Part shown: positions 29,164 through 37,420 of the stretch, piece by piece
How the letters are laid out: each line of letters starts with the position of its first letter
How positions within the stretch are numbered: position 1 is the first letter of the stretch
IMG/VR virus record: IMGVR_UViG_3300044723_008170
Location: 1 to 50,564 of that record
DNA from: a virus
Taxonomy: Duplodnaviria > Caudoviricetes
DNA: 50,564 nucleotides
Strand: one strand, 5' to 3'
Translations under genes and position numbers: made by a program
Notes under the pieces: model-generated
Databases searched by the model: none
The model's input: only the letters and a program-made list of their open reading frames with translations
Told to the model about the DNA's origin: nothing

Positions 29164-29774
29164 ATTTCGAAATACCGGTTGAATACTTATATGAAATGCA
29201 AAGAAAACTTGACACCTTCGAAGATGTCAAAAGATATTCTGAAACATATTGCAAAACTCAAGTTGAAAGTAAACAACACTTAATTCGTTGTATGCATGAG
29301 CGTTTATACCTTCATCAAAATTATACGGTGTTTGTAATAGGAGCCTGGTACGGAACATTAATTGTTCCATATTTGCTTAATAACTTCAGAGTTAAGAAGC
29401 TCATTTTAAATGACATCGATACAAGTGTAAGAAGAATTCTTAAAAGCTACACAAAAAAGTTTACAGATAATTTTGAAATAACGCACTATAATATGTTTGA
29501 CACAAATGAATGGCATAGCCAATTAGGTGAAAACAATATTATCATTAATACGAGCTGCGAACACATGACAGATATGCATGAATTTCACGATAACTTTGCA
29601 GATGCCATTTATGCTTTACAATCAAATAATCACTTTGATCATCCTGAACACACGCACTGTGTAGCAGACTTAGAAGAATTTATCTTAAGAAGTGGATTAT
29701 ATTCTCTCTTCTTTGCAAATGAAATACCAATGAAAGAGTATAAGAGATTTACTCTCTTAGGAAAAAGAAGATGA
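29154..29774 (+). CDS. Class I SAM-dependent methyltransferase-like protein
   Basis: VFVIGAWYG (motif I), LNDID (motif II), IINTSCEHM and LQSNN. Confidence 0.65.
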   Translation: MALNFEIPVEYLYEMQRKLDTFEDVKRYSETYCKTQVESKQHLIRCMHERLYLHQNYTVFVIGAWYGTLIVPYLLNNFRVKKLILNDIDTSVRRILKSYTKKFTDNFEITHYNMFDTNEWHSQLGENNIIINTSCEHMTDMHEFHDNFADAIYALQSNNHFDHPEHTHCVADLEEFILRSGLYSLFFANEIPMKEYKRFTLLGKRR

Positions 29775-30634
29775 AAAGAATAATCTATAGCCTTTATATT
29801 GATATACCTTCTGAAAAGCTAGATGATCAGCCAGCTTATCGAGGTGACACGATATCAAAGTCAGAAAGAACAAAGATTGAATTAGCAAAGAATTATGATA
29901 AGCTAATACAGACAAAAAAGAGATATGCTAATCTTGTCGGAGCAGACTTTTTCATGTATGAGTATGATGACTATATTCCATACTATAATGAAATGAAAAA
30001 GAAATATCCTCAAATTACAGACTACAATATCATTAATTTCTATAAAATTAAGTTGCTATATGATCTTCTCGATTATGATGAGATCTTGTATCTAGATTTT
30101 GATGTAGTTCCAATTACTAATGAAAACTTTTTTGAAGCTTGGAATCTAAGTGAAGGAATTGCAATTGCACACAATAATGATCATATTCGTAGAAATAATA
30201 AGAAGAAACTAGATAATAGATCTCCTACAGCAAAACATTATAATTGCTCAGCTATGTTAATGGATAGAGGGCTTCCGCCATCAAATCATGTCTATAATAC
30301 AGGAATCATTGGAGCTAAATCTCGTCATTTAGAACAGCTCGATTATTTTTCTCAATTTCAATCAAATATAGATTTGATGGACTATCTTGTGAATACTCCA
30401 GAAGAAGGAATGTTCCCAGAAAATATTTCAGCTGGCTTCGGATATGATAATGAAACGTTGTGGAGTTATAAGGTAGAAGAGACAAGCACACCTATGCAAT
30501 GGCTTGATGAAAAGTGGCATTATTTCTTTGATAATGACTACATATTCAAAGACACTAAGTTTGTGCATGCTATTAATAAAAAATTTGATCATATATGGAA
30601 ATACTGTGAAGAGAATAATATTCAGTATCTTTAG
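29771..30634 (+). CDS. Glycosyltransferase-like protein (GT-A, second subfamily)
   Basis: YA...GA.F, YKI.L, YDEILYLDFDVVP, YNTGII, DNET and C-terminal HAINK. Confidence 0.72.
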   Translation: MKRIIYSLYIDIPSEKLDDQPAYRGDTISKSERTKIELAKNYDKLIQTKKRYANLVGADFFMYEYDDYIPYYNEMKKKYPQITDYNIINFYKIKLLYDLLDYDEILYLDFDVVPITNENFFEAWNLSEGIAIAHNNDHIRRNNKKKLDNRSPTAKHYNCSAMLMDRGLPPSNHVYNTGIIGAKSRHLEQLDYFSQFQSNIDLMDYLVNTPEEGMFPENISAGFGYDNETLWSYKVEETSTPMQWLDEKWHYFFDNDYIFKDTKFVHAINKKFDHIWKYCEENNIQYL

Positions 30635-31388
30635 TCAGTTACCTACTCATGAAAGAGTGACTAACTATAGTTCAAATCAGTTTAAGAAATACTACGATCG
30701 TCTTTATGAAAGTAAAGATGAATATGCAAAGTTATGCTCAGCTGAATTCATGCTACTTTCTCCAAATGAAATGAGCTATATTGATTTACAACATTATAAA
30801 ATAATCATGATGGAAAAGTTTGCAGAAGAGTATGATGAAGTATTATACTTAGACTTTGACGTTATTCCTATGACAAACCAAAACTTCTTTGATGTTTTTG
30901 ATTTAAATAAAATTTGTATACTAAATCAAAACACAAATCTTATTATCCAAAAAGAAATTGAGAATTATCAATATACCGAATGGCAAGGCGATTTATCTTC
31001 TAGTATTAGCAATTACAAAAAATATGTTATTCAAAAATTTCAAAGGGACGAATATCATCGATGTTCAAAAGCATTTGCAAAAAGAGAAATGCTATTTAAA
31101 GATGATATTATATCATATGATGAACACATTGTAAATACCGGAATTATTGCCGGCAATAAAAAATCTATATCTCTTCTTAAATACGAAGAAAGATTAGATA
31201 GCATGAAGTTGCTATCTAATCTTAATAATAATGAGATATTTTTTTCTTATCTTTTAGAAAGATATAACATTCCATTTACAAATATTGGAGATGATTGGCA
31301 TAGATTATATGATGAGTTGGATACTCATTTAGAAAATAGTTATATGGTTCATGTAATTAATAAACAGTTTGAGGATGTGTATGGTTAA
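30606..31388 (+). CDS. Glycosyltransferase-like protein, paralog of the upstream gene
   Basis: GTG at 30606 gives (M)KRIIFSI, matching MKRIIYSL. YDEVLYLDFDVIP, NTGII, NNE and HVINK. Confidence 0.72.
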   Translation: MKRIIFSIFSQLPTHERVTNYSSNQFKKYYDRLYESKDEYAKLCSAEFMLLSPNEMSYIDLQHYKIIMMEKFAEEYDEVLYLDFDVIPMTNQNFFDVFDLNKICILNQNTNLIIQKEIENYQYTEWQGDLSSSISNYKKYVIQKFQRDEYHRCSKAFAKREMLFKDDIISYDEHIVNTGIIAGNKKSISLLKYEERLDSMKLLSNLNNNEIFFSYLLERYNIPFTNIGDDWHRLYDELDTHLENSYMVHVINKQFEDVYG

Positions 31389-32130
31389 AATCTTCTGTTT
31401 ATATTTTGAAGGAAAATACACGCCTGACTACGTAGAGAAACTTTACAATTCTATAAAAAGAAATTGCAAAGTGCCTGTTCATTTTGTGTGTTACTCCGAT
31501 ACTCCTGTAAAGTGTGACGAGTTAATTTCACTTCCATCGAATACAAGCATTAAACAACATTGGTTTAAGATGCAGTTTTTCGATAAGAAATTTACTGGTG
31601 ACGGTGAAATTATTGTAATGGATATTGATCAGGTGATTATTTCAGATATAACAGAAATGATATCATATCCTGTAAATGATAATGAATTAGTATCTTATTG
31701 CAAGTGGTGGGGCGGTGATGACTTAAAAATTAACGGAGGTTGGTACAAGTTTAATGCTGGAAGTCTTCAAGCTGTATGGGAAAAATTTATCAAAGATCCG
31801 GAAAAATGGCAATTACATTATTTTATTAATGGTACTGTTCACTATCGGTATTTTGGTGAGCAAAATTTTGTATATGACACTTGCGCAGAGAACGGTATTA
31901 GTGTTACAACTATGCCAGGAGAATGGGTAGCAAAATATACAGATGACTTCGATAACAATAATAAATTAAACAGACAGTATATTCAAGCATTTGATGAAAT
32001 GTACATGTATTTAGGAGATGAATTCAATCCTAAAATTAAAATTGTTCACTTTGCAAATCCTAATAATACAATACACAAGCATATAAAAAACGATGACATT
32101 AGAAATAATTTGTGTAAAAACTGGTACTAA
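31381..32130 (+). CDS. Glycosyltransferase-like protein (GT-A, DxD)
   Basis: IFC...GKY.PDYVEKL...CYSD...HW.K..FF...MDID...NGG...GEQ...IVHF. RBS GAGGA. Confidence 0.75.
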   Translation: MVKIFCLYFEGKYTPDYVEKLYNSIKRNCKVPVHFVCYSDTPVKCDELISLPSNTSIKQHWFKMQFFDKKFTGDGEIIVMDIDQVIISDITEMISYPVNDNELVSYCKWWGGDDLKINGGWYKFNAGSLQAVWEKFIKDPEKWQLHYFINGTVHYRYFGEQNFVYDTCAENGISVTTMPGEWVAKYTDDFDNNNKLNRQYIQAFDEMYMYLGDEFNPKIKIVHFANPNNTIHKHIKNDDIRNNLCKNWY

Positions 32131-32668
32131 GTACGATCAATGGTATGTTGATAATCTAAAGCATATGATTGACACATACTCTTGTTTAGAGTATGCTAAA
32201 TTTCATGTAATTACTGAAGATCGTTATGATGATCACAGAGGCGTATTTAATAAATTATTAATGTTTGAAAAATTCACAAAGAATCAATATTTGTATTTTG
32301 ATCTAGATGTAATAATTAAAGGTGACTGTAATCGATTCATATATGACAGTTTACATGTGTGTCATGCTTGGTGGAGAGATGCTTGGCATACACCTTTAAA
32401 CTCATCTATCATTTCATGGAAAGGAGATGTATCTTATATACATGAAAAGTTTGCTGAAGATCCTAATTACAATATGGTAAAATATTGGAGAGGCGTGGAT
32501 AAGTATCTTTACGAAAATTTTCAGCCAAAGCGTTATTACTATGGATTCTGTTCATATCAGACTATAACAGAAGAACGACCGGAATACCCAGTCGTTCTTT
32601 TTAATCAGCGATATAAACATTTGAAAACTACTGGCTGGTGGAATAAATTTCAATTGCCGCACCAATAG
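32093..32668 (+). CDS. Glycosyltransferase-like protein (GT-A, DxD)
   Basis: IICVK.G.KY...YV.NL...NKL..F...YFDLDV.I...NSSI.SW...G.D.YL. Confidence 0.75.
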   Translation: MTLEIICVKTGTKYDQWYVDNLKHMIDTYSCLEYAKFHVITEDRYDDHRGVFNKLLMFEKFTKNQYLYFDLDVIIKGDCNRFIYDSLHVCHAWWRDAWHTPLNSSIISWKGDVSYIHEKFAEDPNYNMVKYWRGVDKYLYENFQPKRYYYGFCSYQTITEERPEYPVVLFNQRYKHLKTTGWWNKFQLPHQ

Positions 32669-33131
32669 CATGAACGAATGATGGAGCTTTTCTTAGTTTA
32701 GCTTTAAGTTCTCTATTATCAGATTTTCTTACTTGATCTAATTCAAATAGTGCTAGCTTTAAATTGAATAAGTCTTCTTTGTCTTTTTCTTCATCGTATT
32801 CTACAAAAACAGATTTGACAAGAGCTTCATATTTGTTTTTGCTTTGCTCTGTTAGAGCTTCTGCAATCAATCCGTCTCGTTTTGCAATTGCATAGACAAC
32901 TTCTTCAAATACCTGTCTTTCTTTTCTAAAATGATTTACTGTATTTTCGTGTATTTCATCTAGAGAAATTAAGTCAAGTAGTTGCATATAGTGTGGATGT
33001 TCTGGATTAAGTTCAATTCCATATGTGTGCAGATCTTGTTTTTTATCTTTCCAAGTCGTTTCAATAAATTTTTTTTCTTGATCTGTAAAACGCGCTGTCA
33101 CAAATTTATAATCATCATTCTCAAAAAACAT
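32628..33131 (-). CDS. Hypothetical protein (possible assembly chaperone)
   Basis: Charged, probably helical ORF with RBS AAGGA at the end of the structural operon. Function is inferred only from position. Confidence 0.55.
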   Translation of the reverse strand: MFFENDDYKFVTARFTDQEKKFIETTWKDKKQDLHTYGIELNPEHPHYMQLLDLISLDEIHENTVNHFRKERQVFEEVVYAIAKRDGLIAEALTEQSKNKYEALVKSVFVEYDEEKDKEDLFNLKLALFELDQVRKSDNRELKAKLRKAPSFVHAIGAAIEIYSTSQ

Positions 33132-33140
33132 AATAATCCT

Positions 33141-34064
33141 TTAAGTCAAATTAATATTAAAAGCAGTATTAACTGTTGTCTCTGTTCCATTCGGAAATTC
33201 TTGTGCACGGTAATCATCTGTGTTTATTCGATTTGTTTGATAATTGCCAGTAACACCAGTTAAAAATGTATTGGTAAAAGTTCCACGAGCACTTCCTGAT
33301 CCACCATAGTTATATGAGATTCTATAACCAGTGTGATTTACAGCAGCCCATCTTACGTAGTTTTGCAATAGTGTGTTAAAGTTTGATGTAGTATAAACTT
33401 GAAGATTATTGTCTGTACGAGCATATACTGGAGTGGTGTATGCAGAATCTGCACCATTGATTCTATGCAAATAATAATTTGCCACTGTGGTAGTTTGCTC
33501 TAAAGTTTCTGGAATTCCACCAGCAGTATACGCACTTACATTTGCTTTTCTATCTCTAAAAACAATATCACCACTTACAGCAGTAGCACCACTAACAGAA
33601 GAACTTGTGCTAACAAAATATGTTCCACCTTGAGCTGTTCCAGTCGAACCAGATGAAAGAGAAGTGATAGCGGGTTCAATAAATGTATCGAGCATATCAG
33701 CAGCAGACATAGCTTGGAGATTGCCACTATTGTTGAATAATGGAAAAGCGACTCCTCCGGTGTCTGATGGTTGACTTACACTCGCAAGACTTTGTGAAAT
33801 ATGTGCATACGTATCTGTTGAAGTTGTAGGCTCTGCTGTTTCAGCTTCGGTAGCAAATCTATCTGCACGAGTAATAGCTGCTCCTGCGATTACGTAAGAA
33901 TCTGTTAGAGATCCTAAGCTACCGCCGGACGAGACCCGTGATAATGTTACCGATGGATTAAGTGAGTAGAGGTAAATTGTTTTTGCTACAATCTGATCGA
34001 TCATAGCAGATGTCATTTCTCTCAGGTTCCCACTTGACTCATATAGAGGAGTCCTGACTGCCAT
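33141..34064 (-). CDS. Virion structural protein
   Basis: S/T/G-rich. Three P[LV][YF]...NL[RQ].[MY] internal motifs and YRAQEFPNG. Cotranscribed with a fibre gene. Confidence 0.6.
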   Translation of the reverse strand: MAVRTPLYESSGNLREMTSAMIDQIVAKTIYLYSLNPSVTLSRVSSGGSLGSLTDSYVIAGAAITRADRFATEAETAEPTTSTDTYAHISQSLASVSQPSDTGGVAFPLFNNSGNLQAMSAADMLDTFIEPAITSLSSGSTGTAQGGTYFVSTSSSVSGATAVSGDIVFRDRKANVSAYTAGGIPETLEQTTTVANYYLHRINGADSAYTTPVYARTDNNLQVYTTSNFNTLLQNYVRWAAVNHTGYRISYNYGGSGSARGTFTNTFLTGVTGNYQTNRINTDDYRAQEFPNGTETTVNTAFNINLT

Positions 34065-34067
34065 AAT

Positions 34068-35657
34068 TTAACTTCCTGCGCCATATAATGTTTTAATTGC
34101 TGAACCACTTGAATTATATATTACTAATTCAACTTCATCTTTCAAGTTAGCTCTTGCAACACCGTCATTTGCAATTGATACTGCACCACTCGAAACACTA
34201 AAGTTTGTTGAGCTAAATGAAGCAATACCTTTATTTGAAGTAGTAGCATTTTCGCCAGAGATTGAACCAGATGATATATCAATACCTTCACCAGCACTAA
34301 AGTGTGCTCTTACTTCAGAAGCTGAAGGACCAGTGTATGTAAGAACACCGGTTGAATTATTGTATGATAAGCTTCCATCACCACCTGCATCTGTAACTGA
34401 GATAGATTGCCTTGCACGTGCTGTGGTATGATAAAGGTTTGAGCCTTCTGGAAGACTAGAGGTTGATGCGTCGCCGAGGTCCGAATCAAAGTTTGCTTTT
34501 GTATAGATTGTTTCTACGTCGATACTAAAGACGCCGGTGCTACTATTATACGATAAGTCACCACTTGCAGACACGGCACTGCGAATATCAGTAGTCTGGT
34601 TTGTATTAGCAGAATCGACTCGACTGACTAATTCATTGATAGCTGCTACAGTGCTTACTTTAGTGCTAGTAGTAAGAGAGCTAACATCACCGACAACATT
34701 CACAAAAGCCAAATCAGAATCAATTTGACCGATTTCAGTTTGTAATTCATTAATTGCTGAAACTAATGAAGATTTATCACTAGTAGTCAATGAACTTAGA
34801 GTTCCAACATCGGAATCAACATTATCGAGTTGAGTATGTAATTCATTGATAGCAGTGACTGCTGTAGAAGCAGAAGTAGCGAGTGCTGTTACATCTCCAA
34901 GTTCTGTTCTCAATTCTCTAGCTGCAGCTGATAAGTCTGAAGCTGACAATCCAGTCAGAGACATATTACCAATGTCAGTCTCATGCTCATTGATTGCTGC
35001 TGTCAAATTAGATGCAGTCGTATTTAATGACATGCTACCGATGTCGGTTTCATGCTCGTTGATAGCACCGACTAAAGTTTGAGCAGTGGTATTTAATCCA
35101 CCAGTTCCAATCGAATCATTGATAGTAGTAATGTCAGCTTCATGCTCGTTGATAGCACCACGAAGTGTAGTAGCACTTGTATTCAGTGAAGCTGCACCAA
35201 TCTCAGTGTCATGCTCGTTAATAGCACCAATCAGAGTTTGGGCTGTAGTATTAAGTCCACCGGTTCCGATTGAATCATTGATTGTCGTAAGATCAGCTTC
35301 ATGCTCATTGATAGCTGTAACTACTGTGGAAGCTGTTGTATTAAGAGCGGTGACATCACCTACTTCAGAAATGGTTTCACGAATTGCACCAGAAATATCA
35401 GTCGCTGACAATCCAGTGAATGTCATATTGCCGATATCAGTTTCATGCTCGTTAATTGCACCTACGATTGTTTGAGCCGTAGTGTTAAGTGAACTCGGAG
35501 TTCCGATATCTGAATCTAGACTATTGATCGCTCCAACTAAGTCAGAGTCAATATTAGTCGTTAGATTAGATAAATCACCAACTTTATCCGATAGTTGGTT
35601 ATTTTTATCGACCCAACCAGTTACGGTGTCGGTGTAATTAACGATAATTTTTGCCAT
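34068..35657 (-). CDS. Fibre/whisker-like protein with ~12 L.T.A..[LV].[GA]AINE repeats
   Basis: Segmented coiled-coil repeats. Its C-terminal fibre modules are shared with the 1032 aa protein. Confidence 0.72.
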   Translation of the reverse strand: MAKIIVNYTDTVTGWVDKNNQLSDKVGDLSNLTTNIDSDLVGAINSLDSDIGTPSSLNTTAQTIVGAINEHETDIGNMTFTGLSATDISGAIRETISEVGDVTALNTTASTVVTAINEHEADLTTINDSIGTGGLNTTAQTLIGAINEHDTEIGAASLNTSATTLRGAINEHEADITTINDSIGTGGLNTTAQTLVGAINEHETDIGSMSLNTTASNLTAAINEHETDIGNMSLTGLSASDLSAAARELRTELGDVTALATSASTAVTAINELHTQLDNVDSDVGTLSSLTTSDKSSLVSAINELQTEIGQIDSDLAFVNVVGDVSSLTTSTKVSTVAAINELVSRVDSANTNQTTDIRSAVSASGDLSYNSSTGVFSIDVETIYTKANFDSDLGDASTSSLPEGSNLYHTTARARQSISVTDAGGDGSLSYNNSTGVLTYTGPSASEVRAHFSAGEGIDISSGSISGENATTSNKGIASFSSTNFSVSSGAVSIANDGVARANLKDEVELVIYNSSGSAIKTLYGAGS

Positions 35658-35860
35658 TACTGTTTCTCTACTAGCTTAAGAAGTAATTCTTTGATTTCAC
35701 TTACCTCATTCTTTAAGTCTTCGAATTCTTGCTCTTTAAGTTTTCTTTGTTTTTTTCTTTCTCGTGCAGCTTGTATCTCACTTTTATTTATATTCAACAC
35801 CGCACCGGTGTCTCTATCTCGAACATAACCAGATTCACCTTCTATTTTAATATGATCCAT
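35657..35860 (-). CDS. Small conserved T4-like phage protein
   Basis: KIEG...YVRD..TGAVLN followed by a coiled coil (LKNEVSEIKELL). This type usually follows the DUF4815 gene. Confidence 0.7.
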   Translation of the reverse strand: MDHIKIEGESGYVRDRDTGAVLNINKSEIQAARERKKQRKLKEQEFEDLKNEVSEIKELLLKLVEKQ

Positions 35861-37420
35861 TTATACACTCAACGCAATAATTCTAAGATCTTTCATTATC
35901 TGAACACTAGCTTGATTACTAGATTTTAACACAAATTTGAATTGCATTTGTTCAAATGGATCTAATGATCCACCGGGTCCGCCAATTAAATACTCATAGT
36001 CTCTAAATGTGAATCCATTGTTATCGGAAGGATTACTAGTTTCTTCAGTTGCGAGAGTATAACTTTTATTAATAAGATCTTCATCTCTTGTTCCGAACCT
36101 ATAGTATACTTGAATAGAAGAACTTGCTGGGCGCTGTGCGGCAAAGATGACTTTAGCTCCCACAGCATCTTCTGCAAGTGTAATTATTTTTGTGATATGC
36201 TTCGAAGCAGATGAACCTTCTCCGGCATCAGTTTCAGCCACATAATTAATTGCATCCGAAGATCCAGACTGATTATCAATGACGTAATTGATAAGAGAAG
36301 CCGACGCTCTTTGTAAATCAATAATTGGTGAAACATTGCTATCTCGAGAACTAATATCTATTTCCATATCAAAGGATTTAACGCCTGCACCTAATTCAGA
36401 TGTTTCACTTGCTAAATTAGCAACTTGATAAAATACAGTTGAGAAATTATTTTCATTTAATATAACAGGTTGATAGGTTGATCCTTTTTGAAAACTAGTT
36501 TCTGTTCCGCCTAATGATCTTGCAGTAGTTCCTTTCACTCCAGCTACAATACTAGTGTTATTTGGTTTTAGATTTTGAATATGCGGATAAATAATCGAGT
36601 ACGGAATATTTTTTGTAGCTTGTATATTAACTCCACCACCGACAATATCTGAATCTGCGCTGGAGTCTGCAAGGAACTGATATCCATTATAATCAACTTT
36701 AGTGATATTTCTATTTCCAATTAAGCTATTATATCTAATTCCTCCAAGGCCAGCAGAATCGATTCCAGTAAGATTTACTTGTTGACCAACCTGCATTCCA
36801 TGATTATAGTGCTCTACAGTAACAGTTGAGCTGCCGGCAGCAAGTGTAATCGGATCTTCATTAAGTAATTGTTTAGGCAAGTCAGCATTGTAAAGATAAA
36901 CTTTACTTGGTGTTTCTCTTCTAAATCTAGCTTGATATAAATTAAATGTCAAATCTTGATTCTGCGCTGCTGTAAAGGTTGCTCCATTTTGTGAATAAAA
37001 CAAGCTTCCTAACACAGGCTGACGTGTGATTCTTTTCTCAGTAGATCCTAATAAAAATTCATTTGTTTGAGCTACATAAATTTTATAATCAGGAGAATCT
37101 GCAGTTACAACAATTGCAAAATCTGTTAAACCTTTTAAAAATACGGGTTCTGGAAATTCAAAGGTTGTGGCTGCAGTGGCATCGCTAGATACATTGATTG
37201 AACTTCCTGGTTTAATTATATGAGTTCCAGGAAGAACTGCATCGGCAGAAGGAAATCCATTTACCATTGGCCGAAGCTGCACTGCTACAGGAAATGAAGT
37301 ATCACGTACTTGGAAAAATAAATCTACTTTCGTGCAATAGATTCCATTAATTTCATCTACATAGAATGACTGAGCAATTGGATGCTTATTTAATCTATAT
37401 CCGGTTGATGTAATTGCCAT
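35861..37420 (-). CDS. DUF4815/VrlC-like virion protein, C-terminal part
   Basis: PIAQSF...G...TKVDLFF...LR.M.NG.P...TTF.F..PVFL...GSLF.SQNG.T...Q..DL.F...DLRIIAL. Confidence 0.75.
   Translation of the reverse strand: MAITSTGYRLNKHPIAQSFYVDEINGIYCTKVDLFFQVRDTSFPVAVQLRPMVNGFPSADAVLPGTHIIKPGSSINVSSDATAATTFEFPEPVFLKGLTDFAIVVTADSPDYKIYVAQTNEFLLGSTEKRITRQPVLGSLFYSQNGATFTAAQNQDLTFNLYQARFRRETPSKVYLYNADLPKQLLNEDPITLAAGSSTVTVEHYNHGMQVGQQVNLTGIDSAGLGGIRYNSLIGNRNITKVDYNGYQFLADSSADSDIVGGGVNIQATKNIPYSIIYPHIQNLKPNNTSIVAGVKGTTARSLGGTETSFQKGSTYQPVILNENNFSTVFYQVANLASETSELGAGVKSFDMEIDISSRDSNVSPIIDLQRASASLINYVIDNQSGSSDAINYVAETDAGEGSSASKHITKIITLAEDAVGAKVIFAAQRPASSSIQVYYRFGTRDEDLINKSYTLATEETSNPSDNNGFTFRDYEYLIGGPGGSLDPFEQMQFKFVLKSSNQASVQIMKDLRIIALSV

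Noticed and set aside
30504-30605. 130-nt overlap between the two paralogous GT genes, suggesting a frameshift or fusion
   Set aside because: A GTG at 30606 reproduces the paralog's N-terminus and leaves an ordinary short overlap.
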